Shown here piece by piece: positions 34,338-48,208 of a stretch of DNA of 56,541 nucleotides. A program made the position numbers and the translations under genes. The notes under the pieces were generated by a model. That model worked only from the letters and a program-made list of their open reading frames with translations. It ran no database searches and was not told the origin of the DNA. Origin of the DNA: Chromera velia (Eukaryota). Numbering within the stretch: the stretch's first letter is position 1; each line of letters starts with the position of its first letter. Where the stretch lies: NCBI GenBank assembly GCA_018398765.1, contig JAHBMJ010000073.1, forward strand, positions 1 through 56,541, in the 5' to 3' direction.

Positions 34338-36274
34338 TGCACTTGATTCACGCATCCATCCGTTCCCCCAAACGTCCATCCACCCATCCATCCATGCGCG
34401 AGTCGAAAGACAAAGGCAGGCAAAGGGAACGAGGCGCAAGAAAGGAACGAAGGAAGAAAAGAACAAACGGACGAACTCAGAATGGTATCTGCGCCTCCTC
34501 ACACCCAGTCGTCGTCCGCTCGTTTTTTCTTTTTCTTTTCCTCTTCTTCCCCTTCTTACACACCGTCCTCATGCCATTTAGACGACTCGCAGTCGTTCCA
34601 CCTCACTCCCACCCCCCAATCTCAACCTTGAGGCAACCTCTAGCTGCTTATTCCCTCTGTCTCCCTGTGGGTGTGTTCGAGTTTCTTGCTGCTTTGGCAG
34701 AGGGGACGCTGCTCAGACTCACCCACACACAAAAGACCAACCGACCGACCGACCACCTCACTGCGCATGCTGAGACGAGACGAGCACATGAGGAGAGACC
34801 ACCAGTGAGTTTGTTGCAGAAGAGCACCTCTCTCTCTTCCCCTCTCTTCCTTTCCTCCTCTAACACAGAGACAGACAGGACAGGACAGGCCTGTAGACGG
34901 ATACATCATAAGTTTTCATCTCTCCTCCCTCCTTCACAAGATATGCATTCATTATCAGAAAAAGACAGACAGAAGGTCAGACAGACAGATTGAAGAAACC
35001 GGTGCCGAGAAAAAGAAATCGCACACACAGGGTAATCACTCTCCTTTGCTCTCGTTCACCCCATTTCTTTCTTTGTTGGTTTGTTTCCGTTTCCCTGCCT
35101 GCCGATACGCTCACTCTCCCCTTCATTTGTATTCCTCCTAGCTTCCTCCTTTGCTTTCTTCTCTTCCTCGTCTGAGGTACGGAAGAAATTTCACCAACCG
35201 TGCATGGCTGGCACGCTGATGCAAAAAAATCCATGCACCCAAAAGGATGGATGGATGGAAGAGCAGTCTCTAGGAGATGAATGAGAAAAGGGGGGGGAGA
35301 GAGAGGCACACCAGAAGCAAGCAAGACACGGAAGAATGAAGAGAAGATATTCGATCGGTCTTCTTTTCAGTGCACACGAAGGAGAAGAGGAAAAAAGAAG
35401 CAAGCAAACAGGAGAGGAGAGGAGAGGAGAGAGACGAGGAAAGAGAAGACAAGATGGAGGCAATGAACGAAAGCATGAACGAAAGCGCGTGAGCATCAAA
35501 AAAGGTGAACACAGGGACGCCAAAGCTCCCATCACCCACGCTCACTGGCTTCTTCCATTAATCCGAGTGTACGCATGGTCACACGCAGCACAGGAAAGAG
35601 AGAAAAAGAAGAGCACGACCAATACATAGAGAGAAGAGAGAAAGAAAAAAACGGACGGGGACTCAGAAGACCTCAGGGGAGGGGAGGAGAAGTAAAAAAG
35701 GCGAAGGAACAACACAAGAGGAGAGGAGAGGAGAGGAGAGGAGAGGAGAGGAGAGGAGGAAAAAGAGAATAACGAATCATGAGGGGGGCCCGCAACTTGA
35801 TGAATGGATAACGTGCAGACCCACTGTCACCGAACATCAGCTTTCAGCAAGTCACTTTCTTTCCATTAAGATTGATTATCAATTCTTTTTTACTTTTGTC
35901 CTCCTGATTTTCCGCAACTTTCAAGGAGAAGGAAAGACCTGTTTCCTCCTCATCTCTCTTCATTTCCTTTTCTGCTTTCTTCCGTCATTCCTCATCTGAA
36001 GGTCAGTCACCCTTTCGCGCACGAAGAAGAGCGCTCACCAGACCTCCTCTCTCTACTCACCGTTTGCTTGCGCAAGCACGCACTCACACCCTTACTTACA
36101 AGCACAGGCAGGGAAGAAACCGAAGAGAAGACGACTAAGACAACTCCCCTCTGTCTGTCATCCGTCTCTCTCTCACTTTCGTTCGTTCGTTCGTTGGTTC
36201 TCCCTCCCTTCCTCCCTCCACACTCTGTTTCACTCACACCGTTACCAGGCGGGCAGGCAGGCAGGTCTCCCTCC

Positions 36275-38673
36275 TCAACTGAGGAGATCCTCGGGTCCCC
36301 CCACAGCGTCGACCTCCGTCTCCCCTCCAAGGTCAGGGAAACCCAGGGATCCGAAGCCACACTCGACCTCGCCCTGCTGCTGCTGTGCGGTGGGGGACGC
36401 CCCAAAGAAGCCGTGCATGCGGTCTGCATGGGCATGCTGAGAGTGGGGATCGTCTGCTGACAGAGGACGCACTGACGGAGACGCACAATGGGTCCTCAGG
36501 AAGGACTCCGCCCCCACACCCATCACCATGTCACCTCCCGCGCCCATATGATGATGACAGTCCAGCCCCCCGTGATGGCACGAGAGCGCATCCCCCCCCG
36601 ACACAGAGTCATGATCCAGAAAGCCTGTGAAGCTCATATCGTCATCAGGGGAGCTCCCCGTGAAGAGGGAATGGGAGGGATTCGTGTACAGACCAGTTGA
36701 CGAATCCCCGACAGAGTCGAAAGGGTGGAGGGGACTCATGATTTCGTCAGCAGATGAACCGGTGCCCCGAAGGAACCAGTCATCACCCCCCTGGTCCAAA
36801 CGCCCTGGGAAAACTTCATCATCTCCGGGCATGTGCAGCCCGTGAAGTGACAGGGGTGCGTGCTGTGTGGCCGGATCGTCCCACCCGACTCCCATACTCC
36901 CCACCCCTGCTGCCGTCTGCATATGGGGTGAGGGTGCTGAGACGGGTACTCGCACTCTAGGGCCGGTGTAGGTCCCAGGGGCACAGAAAGAGGAGGCTGC
37001 TGCAACGTCGTCATAACCCCCGCCGTGGTGGGTTGCTGCACGCTGCAGTTCGGGGAGGGTGTACGCAGAGGACGACGAGGAGGCGTGGCCTCCGACCATG
37101 GCAGATGAAGTCCTCACGATGGAGAGGGAGGAGGGAGCGAAGTGATGGTCGACACCCGAGACAGAGGTGTCCTCAGGAATGCCGAACTGACAGCCGGAGT
37201 CGGGGGGGAAGGCTGTCGAGGCTGTGGTCTCTGATGCTCCCATCTCCTCTGCTGTACCTGCTGTGTGGCTGCAGGAAGGTGCTGCCATATCGGAGGATTG
37301 GGATCTCTGCTGCTGGGTGTTGAAACCTAGGTGCACGGTCTGCTGGGCATACTGACGGAAGTGGGGGTTGGGAGGGGACACGATGGCTGGAGTCTGACGG
37401 GGGGGAAGACCCTTGCACTCCCTGCAGTGTCTCACTTCCTTTCCGTGAGGGAGACACAGCGCATGCCCCCCACACTCTCTGCAAGCTGATCTCTCACGCA
37501 GATGCTCGCAGATGAAAATCCCACTCTGCTGACACAAACCGCACAGGCGGAGTCGGTTACCGTGACGGCACTTGGCCAACTCCCAGCACTCCCTGCACCT
37601 CCTGCGGACGTGACGGTGCTGGCAGATGGCGGAACCACCACAGTCTCTGCAGTCCTGCTTGCGTTTTCCGTGAAGGCAGACCTGCACAATAGAAGCAGTC
37701 CCAAAAGGAAAACAGGCAGAACAAGAGGAATGTAAACTCAAAATAGAATAGGCTCAACTGATTAGCGAGTGAAAGAAAGAAAAGGTAGAGACACGTGCTT
37801 CGCCAAGGATCGATGAACAAAACAGTAGAACCAAAGCGCGCACTCGCAGAAGTTCTCCTTGGAAGTATTGCCGAAGGAAAGCAAGACAAGCCCAGGCACA
37901 GACCACGGAACTTGAACAAGGGAAGGGTCTCAAATCAGCTAGCCAGAGAGCTGCAAGACAATCCGTTGGAAGACGACAACCGGGTAGGCGTCCATCTTGT
38001 CATTCTTGCTGTTACTCTTCCTGTTTCTGCTGACCTGCTTGCCTCCACATTCTCTGCATCGTTCTTTACGACGACGGTGCTGGCAGACACCAGATCCCCC
38101 GCAGAGGACGCAGCGCCTTCTCACTCTGCCGTGCTCGCAGAAAGCAGCTCCCCCGCACTCTCTGCAGCTATATGCCTGTTTGCCGTGCACACACGTTCTG
38201 GTGGAGCGTCTTCGCGAGTTATTGCTGCAATTGCTTGCTGCGGAGACGGCAGATACTGTGCTTGCTTGAGACACGAGACGAGCTCTCTGCGGAGCTACGG
38301 GAGCCACAGGAGGTTGAGAGAAGGCCAGATGATCAGGCCCTCCGATGTCCATGTGCGTCTCGTGCATTTGGGACAAAGGAATGTCGAAATCTCCTCCAGA
38401 GCCTGTGGTTGAGCTCTTGTGAGATCCGGAAGGAGAGAGATCGACCCTCGTGGAGTCACTTTGAGTTGCAAACTTCTCATCGGGTGCGAACTTTTCATCG
38501 TGAAGGAAGTCATGATGAGAAGCTGTTGGGAGGCAGGGACGGAAAATATCCCCCACGTTACTCCCAAGAACACCCTCCTTGGTGTCTTCTTCGAGCTTTA
38601 CTACTACTGCCGGATTGATGCTCGGCAATTGAGTGTAGTCTCCTCCTGCTGCTGAGATCTCCGTATTCATCAT
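36275..38673 (-). CDS. Zinc-ribbon repeat protein (CxHG...CxxCGG repeats), 2 exons (38673-38035, 37681-36275)
   Basis: Eight CxH-x5-CxxC repeats joined in phase across the intron (ECGGKQ/VCLHG); low-complexity flanks; likely nucleic-acid binding. Confidence 0.85.
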
Positions 38674-39544
38674 TCCGATCGATTCACAACCGCGAAGGCC
38701 AGAAAAATGTCCCGCGGGGGGCACGCAACACGCTCCTCAAAGGAGGATCGAAAAGACTTACAGAAACAGATTCCTCAAACGGAGGAATTTCACGCAATGA
38801 AAAGCAGATCGGAAGATGAAAAAGTGGAATGTTCGCTCTTCACTTTGGCAGGCAGGCAGGCAGCGAAACTTTCAACCAAAAAGACTTGCAGAAAAGAGCA
38901 ACGAATGACCTCTTGAAAACCTCTCCCACTACACTCAGACAGTTTCAGTTGGATCAGATCACATCCGAGACGGACAGGAGCCAGCCTTCTTTCTTTCAGA
39001 GAGTCGTCTGTCTGCCAGTTTTTTTCGAACGCGCGCGGCGAATGTTGGGCGGCTGGAGGGACGAGTGAGTGCCAGGGATGGCGGTGTGGGCGCGCCTTAA
39101 TCATGCAAAACAGGCGCAGATCTGCCTTTCGGGCCCGGGAAAGTTTTTTGACGCACGCACTATACCTGCATGGAGTGTCACTCCGCGCGCCGGTACTGCC
39201 ATCCGAGGCACTCAGACCCGATTTCCGCGAATTTAGAAAAGAGCCCCCCAAACCGATTATTTCTCGAAAGGATCGAAAGCAAGGATCGAAAGTCACCTAG
39301 CTGCCGATCTTACATCAGGCCAGAAGACGAAGAAAAATACACACAATTCGACGCATGCAGCAGACGATCGGACCCCTCACCTGCTCAAAAGCTGTCACCT
39401 TGCTGTTCGATTTCTTCCTTTACGTCTTCAGGCATCGGTCCTACTTCGCAGTGAGTTGGACTCGTTGCCTATCAGTTGACTGAACAACAGTACGTGAGCA
39501 ACACGATCTAGAGATTTCGCTTTGAGACCCCACGCTGACACAAG

Positions 39545-42500
39545 ATGAGACACCTTCTGTGTCTCTTGCTACTCCTGGGTGCCAGTCAGCTCTCTGGCTC
39601 AGAAGAGACCACTCTGGCGTGCCCCAATGGTCGGTCGCAGCGCGTTGGTGGAATAGCTCTGACGAATCTTCTTTTCACGATTACCATTGTTCAAGTAAAT
39701 GTATCAATATACAGAAGACTCTCATCCCTTTCCCCCTTTCTTCACTGCCTGCAGGAACTTATCTTGACCCCAGTCATCCCGATGAGTGCCAACCTTGCCC
39801 TGAGGTCCGTCCAATGGACACTGACCGGTCTACCTGTATTTGTGCACCACATTGAAGCAGGAGACGATTCGACTGACCTTGATTTGTTTTTGTATTTCTA
39901 TTCATTCCATCCTCTGTTCCTTCTACCCCTGCAGGGCGCTCTGTGTAACGACCTCTCTCCCGGAGAACTTCCCAAGGCAGCGTCTGGGTGAGTCCCGCCT
40001 CTGCGTCTCTCTCTCTCTCTCTCCAAAGGCTTCTTGTGCCAAAAGAACCACCCAATGAAGTCGCGTCTCTCCTCTCTCTCTACCTGTATCTTTTATTTCG
40101 ATGATCGACTGCAGGTTTTTCATGATGGACGACAGGCCCAACCATTCTCCAGCATACGCTCGTTGTCTCCATGAGTCGGACTGTCTCGGAGACAACGAGT
40201 GTGCAGATGGAACTGAGGGGGTGTTCTGTGGAACCTGCCAGGACGGGTACCGACTCCACTGGACTGCCGGGTGCACAGCCTGCAATCCCGGCTGGTTTGT
40301 CTGGATGAAACTGTTGGGGTACATCGCTATTATGGTCACCCTGGTGACTGTGATTGTCATTCTGGAGACAAACCAGAAATTCAGGGGGATGTTCCTCATG
40401 CCTCTGCTCAAGGTCTGTCTGTCTGTCTGCCTGATCCTTCAAGCACCTTCGTTGATTCATCTGTTGGGTCTCATCAGACACCATACAGAAGAAAGCGGCA
40501 CGCCCGCCACGCCGCTCCTGAACCTTCCCCTCCCAACAATGCACTCGCCTGCCTGCATGCCGTTCCCTTTTTTTCCCCACTCCCTCCACACAGCTACTCA
40601 CTCGTAAGAGGGAGGAGGGCAAGCATGCTTCTTTCCCCTCCTGCCAAACTGACCAGTAAGGTCGATGGTAGGTGTCGCCCCTCCTCCTCTCCACTGCTGC
40701 ATTGTCCAGCGAGACATCCAAACATCCTGCACCGGTTGCCCCCCCCACCCACTCCAGTCATGCGAAGAGAAGGGAAGTCCTGGCTGCCTCTTGACTGCAC
40801 GTTCTCTGCGTAATCGATTTTGCTTTTTTAACACGTGACATATTTTGAAGCGAACACACACCAATAAGTTTGTTTGTCACCACGTGCTTCCCTTTCTCCA
40901 CCATTTGCCGTTCGGCTGAAGACAACAGGCCCAGCGTACCTTCTTTCATCTGTGCAGTTGTCAGGTCAGGCAGCGCCACATGTGTGACGGCCTCTGCTGT
41001 GTGAATTCCTCACTGCAGATTTTCATGAGCAGAGTCGAACTGAACTCTGTCGCTCTGTCTGTGGGTACCTACTCGGCTCCCCTTCTGGGCAATCTGATGT
41101 TCCTCAATGGGATCTCCAATCCTCTGAGGGTCATCGTGGGTCTCGAGTGTGTGCTGCCGAAAGACATGCCGGCTGCATACGTGTATGCCACAATCCTTTT
41201 CGTGGTGCCTCCTCTCGCAGGTAGGCGTGATCCTCTTGGGGGAGGGGAGGGGGGCGGGAGGGAACCCCGGTCTAGGGGACAAGAGCGAAATGCACAGACA
41301 GGGTTCACAGTACTTCGCTTCGTTCTCGTTTAGTCCTGCGTTACATCTTCCTTTCTTCCTGCGTGTCCTCCTCTTCTCTTTTGTCCTTGCGTGGTTTCTG
41401 TCGTTCTCTCTGTCTCTCTTGTTCGTCCTCCTCCTTTACTCCAACGTTTTTGTTTTGTTTGCAGTCTTTGTGGCGTTCGTGTGGAGCGTCGTGCTCTGGT
41501 ACAGACACGGCCGCAACAGGATCTCCAAGCCCAGGTGAGGAGGGGGGGAGACCATGCAGCCAGACTGCATGTGCGGACGGACATGGGATTCCATCACAAC
41601 TCTCTCATGCATGCATGAGTGAAGCGCAGAGAGAGTGAGGTCTGCGATGAGAGTGAAAGAACACTGCATGAAGAAGAAGCAATGTTTCCAGGAATGAGGG
41701 GAAAGCGATAAAGCAGGAAGAACACGCAAACGCACGGGAAGAACACCAAAAAGAACGGGAGAGGGGCGAGAGGGAAAGAGGGAGAGTAAAAGGAAGGCTA
41801 CAGGATAGGAGAAAGACGGGGTGTGGGTCTCGAAGGAAGGGAGGGTCTGACACGTTGAGCAGCCAAAGAGGAAGGGAATGGAGGTTCATTTGAGAGTTTT
41901 GACTGTTTTTTTCAGAGGTGCCAGGCAGACGTCTTGTATGTTCTTTCTGCAATTCTTCCCTTTTTTCCCCTTTCTTGCTGTTCTTTTCTTCCTTCCGTAT
42001 TGCTTTTCATTTGCCTGGAGCGGCTCTATCGTTCAGTAGTTATGCGTTCAGCGCGTGAAACACGCACGTCTTCTCTCTTGTCTGTTTCAAGAGAGCCACC
42101 CACCCCCTGCTCCTTCCTTGTACCCACGCAGATACCACCTTCTGCAAGGGCGCGTCTGGACGACCCTGATCGCCCTTCTCTTCCTCATCACCCCCACAGC
42201 CGTGAGGAACTTCGCGGTCGTTCTCCAGTGTGTGGACTTCAACGGAGAATCCAGACTCGCACAGAACCCCGCATTCCAGTGCAGTGGGAACGTGTATGAG
42301 GTCGGTGCTGCCCCTTTTATTTATTTATGCAGGGAGGATCCGCAGGGGGGGGGGGCTGTTTGTGTGCATGGGACGGGCACCGGCTCAGGCAACAGTGCGG
42401 GTCCGCAGGGAATGCTTCCATCCAAGGTTTTCGTTCAGTGTCGGGGTGACGGCTTCCTTTTGATTTAACTTTCTGGTGACCTCTCTGTGGACCCCTTTGA

Positions 42501-44109
42501 CTCCTCATGCCTACCTGTGGACCTAAGTTCCTCTGTAAACCCATGTAGATTTGTCTATTCATTGATTTTGTTTCTCCTCTCTGCCTGCCTGCCTGTCTGT
42601 GTGCAGTTCTACATGATTCTGTCGATCGTCGGTCTGATTCTCTGGGGGTATGGTTTCCCTCTGGTGTGTTTTATCCTGATGGTCAGGAACAGACACGACA
42701 TCCACTCGCTCAAGTGGAGACAGAGACTCGGATTTCTCACAGACGGATACAAACCCCAGTACTACTGGTCAGTCAGGCATCCTGTCTAGTGTGGAGGGGA
42801 TGAGTCACTCGCAAGAAGAAGCACTCTCGGCGGATAGATTGCGGCACAGGAGGTGGACAGACAGAAAAAAGGGAGCTAGGGCTGAGATGGATTTAAAATG
42901 CTCTATGTGCCACTATGAGGGGCGTGCTAGACAGATTGATGTGCATGGGACAGAGAGGTCTCATGGAGGTCCCCCAGCAGGCATGCATGTAGACGTGCGG
43001 GAATGAAAGAAAGTCCTGAGCTCCTCTGTCTTCCAGCCTGCTTTTCTTTTCGTCGGCGGTGGTTTGCTGCAATGGACTCTTGACAGTCGATTCTCCATGC
43101 ATCTATTTTCGTCTCTTTTCTTAGTCGTCTCCTCTCCTTTCCTTTCTCTCTGTACCCTGTGTCCCCAAGAGAAGAGCAGAGCTCAGGAAAGTCCTTGGAA
43201 GGCGTCTGCAAAAACACCTTTCCTCTGTTTGATCATCTGCTCTCTCTCTCTCTCTCAGGTGGGAGGTCTGGGTGATGCTCCGAAAGGCGATCGTGCAGAC
43301 CGTCCTCACGTTCCCTCTCTTCTCTCAACCTGCCATGGCCTCCTGTCTGCTGCTCATCTCTCTCCTCTTCCTTGCATTCCAGGTCGGCCTCTCACTGTCT
43401 AATAACTGCTTGTACTTATCGATCTAGCAGAAAGAATGTCAGGCCCCTCCAAAAGAAAGAGGGCGCGTCGAGGGAAGTGGGTGACACATTTAAGGACAAT
43501 AGGGTTTGAGTTTCGTGGATTCAGGCAAGAAAATCTGTCAAATGACTCTCTGTTGTTTTCACTGTCTCTGCGTCTGATCTGGTGGCTTTCGTTCATCCGT
43601 TTTTTTTTGTTCTCTTTGCTTGCAGTTCTGGTGCAACCCCTACGACATGCGTCAGATCATGGTCCTGGACGCCTTGGAGGGCAGGAATCTGTGGGCGTTT
43701 GTGGGGACTCTGTCGATCGTCCTCTTCCACTTCACCCTCACCCTCGACTCTGCCGTCTACAACCACATCGCAATCGACATTGCAGCTTTCCTGGGTATCC
43801 TTCTTCTTCAGCTGAACTTCTTCATTACCGCTCTTTTGGCAGCCCTTCCCGATGTCGTGAACCTGGTGCCCAAAAAATGGAGACCCCGGATCTTCCGAAA
43901 GGTGCTCGATAAGTTAGGGGACAAGCCGAGGTCATTCCTCCTTCCCAACGACACTTTGGATGTCTCCAGGCTGTCACAAAAGGACAGGAAGACATTCGCA
44001 GCCACACTGGAACAAGCCACTGTGGTCAGTCCATCAATTCTTTATCAGGAAGCGACTGCTTTCTCTCTCTAACTTTCTCTCAAACTCTCTCTGTGAGTGT
44101 GTGAGTGTG

Positions 44110-44145
<36 letters not shown>

Positions 44146-45537
44146 ATTCCATGACTTATCTTTCTCTCTGTTCATCCCTTGTATCTTTCCTGTCGGTTCT
44201 CGACTTTCTTCTCTCTCAGATGTACGTCACTGTTTTCCCGCTCTCGCGTCCTCTGACGGCTCGACTCTTCATCTCTTCATTCCCTGTTTGATCGAGGGGC
44301 TGTCTGTCATCCTTCCTTGCAGGTGATGCTTCACCGTCCCGAGGTCAAGTTCTTCCACGCGGCCCTTCTCCAGGAGGCAGTCGCTCTTGCCTTCAACCAG
44401 GCGCAGTCGGACAAGAAGGAAGAGGGGGAGGCGCACACAGTGGCACCCTCAGCGTTGGGTAACGAGGTTGCCCTGACTCCAGGGAGACCCGATCTGGAGT
44501 CGGCAGCAAGTGGGAGCTCTCCGGGGACTCTGCAGGGCACAGGGGGCAGAGGAAACGAGAGGAGCAACATGACCATCTCGGCAGAGGAAATGAAGAGAAT
44601 CGAAAAGATGGAAGGCATGACCATCGCAGAACTTCAGGTGGGTGCGTATGAGACTTGAGCGGGGAAGATCCGGTTTCTATCTCTGTCCTCTACCAATCTT
44701 CCCCTCTTGTTTGTAGCTGCCGTTTGCCTTTTGCTGCAAGGACACGTCCTGCTTTCGCAGTAGCCCGCGCAGAAGCTATCCGCTTTGTGTTTTGCGAGGT
44801 ACGTGTCTTAGTGTACCCAAATACAGGCCGACATCTGTAGTTGGCATGACTCCGACAATGAAGTGGGATCTTCTTTCCTTCTAGTGCTCATTGTCGTATT
44901 CATTTTCTTTCTGTTTGTTTCCCTGCAGGCATACCTCCTGCAACTACCCCTGACCCAAGCAGCCCTCACCTACACAGACGAGATGTCACGAGAGGCCGAG
45001 AGAGAGGGGTGGGCCCTGCAGAACATGAATGCGACCACGATGATGGGAACGCAGGTCAGCCAGACAAATCTGGCGCTGCCAACAGATAAGAGGAGAGCTT
45101 CGGCCGGTAAGACTCGGTCACACGAGAAGCAGCAGGAGAAGAGAGGCCAGTCTGCGGGAGCGAAGAAGAAGCCCAGTCTGCGTCCCCCTGGAAGAACAAC
45201 AGAGAAAGAGAAGGAGACAAGCAGCAAATCCCATCGACGCGGGAGAGAGAGGGCGGATTCGTCCCCCTCAACAGCAGATCTGCCGGAGAGTCTGCCCACA
45301 CAGGCTGAATTGGTAGATCATACAGCCGCAGCCTCTTCGGGTCTTCGAAGGGACGAGGGGGGAGAAGAGACTATGCGCAGGAGGGCGAGGTCACCCGAGC
45401 GAAAAAACTCCCTGCAGGGTGCGGCTGCATGGAATGCTTCAGAGATAGGAGGCTCTGCATCTGCCGAGGGCACGGGTCTGTCTCCCCGAGCTATTCTCTC
45501 TCGATCTCGACAAAGAGACGAGGGGGATTCCCGTTGA
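39545..45537 (+). CDS. Signal peptide, Cys-rich ectodomain and multipass membrane protein (CRMP-like), 12 exons
   Basis: Exons 39545-39629, 39755-39804, 39935-39987, 40115-40412, 41019-41220, 41465-41534, 42132-42300, 42607-42767, 43259-43382, 43626-44024, 44323-44637, 44929-45537, all GT-AG and phase-compatible; CPNGTY...CQPCPEGALC, C..G..G..CGTC..GY, LGFLTDGYKPQYYWWEVWVMLRK. Confidence 0.88.
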
Positions 45538-46894
45538 GACTCCTCTGTCTGGTAGAAGGTGGCCTGCAGGGGTGGGAGGGACTTTTTGGAGACTCAGATC
45601 ATCTGATGCGGACAGGAGGGAAGAGGGGAGGGAGGGAGGGAGGGAGGGAGTCGATGACTGTTGGATTGTGTCTGTCAAGTTACGGCGCATTTGTTGGAGT
45701 GGTGGGCACAGAAGGTTTCTTTTGTTGGTTTGTCTCTCAGGAATTTCAGAGAGCTATCAGGAGCGCTAGAAGAGAAGAAGAGCAAGAGAGGAAGAACAGA
45801 AGAAAAGCCAGATGAAGAAAGCAGAAAAGTGTTACTTTTGGGATGCCAGAGTCCCTTAGTACAGGGATAAAGGCCAGAGATGTTCGATACTGATAGACCC
45901 AATCAGACAATTAAGTTCATTAGATTTGTTGGGGAAGGACTCAAGGGAAGCGGACGGAGGGCGATCAGGGAGACTTTTCTTCTCATGTGAAACCAGGGAA
46001 GGGAAGGGAAGGGAAGGGAAGGGAAGGGAAAGGTTGCCTGCATTGTTCTATTGAGAACAGTGTGGGGATGCAGAGAAGCAGTTGGGGTGGACGCATCGAT
46101 GTACGGGTGCATGGTCTGGTTTGATCCTCCGAATTAAAAACACAGCCGCTGGCTCGGATCAGAGCCAGACAATTAGACAGGGAGATTCGACGAGACGTTC
46201 AGGCGAAATGCGTGTACGTCAAGGTCATTAATTCGTTTGTCCTTCTATTAAGTGGTGGAAGGAATTCATTCTTTTTGCTTTTTTTGTCGGCGCCAAAGCC
46301 CACCTCTCCGATCGCTCTCTGTCTCTCTAAATCCATGACTTCTTGGTGAATCCGTTTTCTGCATACATGCATGGTATCGCATACATCTGCTTGTACGTTT
46401 CGCGTGTATGTGTGCATCGATTCACTCGCTGTGTGACTGTGTGGCGTGTCGGCATGCTCACAAACAGAGCTGTCTGCGTGGCTTCACGGTCCGTTTTTGA
46501 TCATCTCATCTCGGGAGGGAGCAGTTGGCCTGTCGATTGGGCCAATCGTCTCTCGACTTTCTCCAAGAAAGAGAATGCCATACACGGACGCCGTGCTGCA
46601 TGTGTCGGGGTCGAGACAGCACGTGCTTGCTTGTGGCGTCTAATTCAACGAATTCAATATGGCTTTCCTCTTTTCCACTTGCTGGAAAATTAAGAAAAAT
46701 CTTCCGGCTGCAGAATTCAGACCTGTCTCCTTTTCCTTGGAGCAGAAGTCACGTTCGACATGAAATTGCCATGAATAGGACGGAGCCTCTGAGTCTGAGA
46801 ACGGCTCGAGATCTGGTGTGACTCCGATCGAGTGCAGGTGATTGTTGTCCTTGCATGCACTATGTGAATTAGAATTGTTTTCCTCACAGCGTTT

Positions 46895-47640
46895 TACTAG
46901 CTAGTAGTACGTCATATTCAAACAACCTCTCTTGGCCATTGATTCTAATGAAACAATTAAGATATATGCCAGTGTAAACTCAGCTGTATTGTCTACAGTA
47001 TTGTGCACGTGACTGCTAGATCTACTGCTAGATTGACTCGTACAATAAAATGAACCATACTTTTTTAAAACAAAGAAAAGTAGCATTTCAGGTTCAACTT
47101 GAAAGTTCTCAACTAAGTTGTTAAGCCTATAACATAAAACTTGGGGTTTAAAACTATATTACTATAATTTTTTTAAAAAATATATATTAGTAGTTGAACC
47201 TGAAATTAATTTATATATTCAAAGTTCCCTCAGTCACTCGGACAGTTCAAGTTTTATAGGGTTTAGTGTAGGGTTCATGTTTAGACTAGTGTTTAGAGTT
47301 AAAAGTCAAAATATTTTTAGTATGATAACATTTATGATTTATTTTACTTTATAGCCAAGAATCCTAGTATAATTTATAGAGAGAGATTATAGAGAGTTAT
47401 ATAATGGTTCCTTTAGTCTAGCACTAACATATGTAGGCTAATGCATCGTTGGAGTAACTTAGGATTAACACACATAGAAACTGTTGAATTCAACATTAAA
47501 ATTATTACGATAATGTGTTTTTGTTCTAACAAGCGTTCTGCCTAGCGTTCTGCCAAATTTCAGCTAGATTCTTACCTTACTCAACATCTAGCTCGCCACT
47601 CCAGAGCTTCAATTCCCTTAATACTGCCAAAATTGTGCGT
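46895..47640. other. AT-rich, TpA-rich island (decayed transposon relics)
   Basis: Abrupt drop in GC, many CTAG/TA, no long ORFs; like 13330-14200, 20790-22780 and 27240-28300. Confidence 0.6.
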
Positions 47641-48208
47641 GGAGTTGAGCATAGGATACCCGGCCTATCGCTTTATACACCATTCATGCGTGAACCTCCA
47701 AGCGCTTCATGCAGCTGTCTTTCATCCACCGGCCCCTCGATGAATAGTCCTTCTTGCCTGCTTTGCTTCATACCGTCTCGGTGAAAAGACACATTACCAG
47801 TTGTAGAGTGTTTTTGCAAACGCCACCGCGGATGCTGCACATTCTCGCTGACACCCTTGATTGATTTTTCTCTCCGTCCGTGCTTTCCTCCCCCTTTTCC
47901 TCCTTTCCACTTTCTTTTGTTCATTCGCCCCTCTCTCCACTTGACTTCTCACACCCTGATCGACTTGCCAACAGGTACTACACGCATATAAGTCTCCACA
48001 GTGTCCCCCCTCATTCCCTTCCCCCAAAGCTTCTGCCCTACCATTCCCGAAGCCTCCAACCAGCACTCACCCCCGTCCGCAACGTCTACCAACTCCAATA
48101 AAAGCCTCAATTCCACAGATCCCTTATGAAACCTCAATCCCACACACTCTCCACGGACCGACTCGATCAGAGGGGCTCACTCCAGATTGATTCCAAGTCC
48201 AGCTCCTT

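Noticed and set aside
28302..36000. Many short ORFs
   Set aside because: Low-complexity, microsatellite-derived, no motifs or consistent exon chain.
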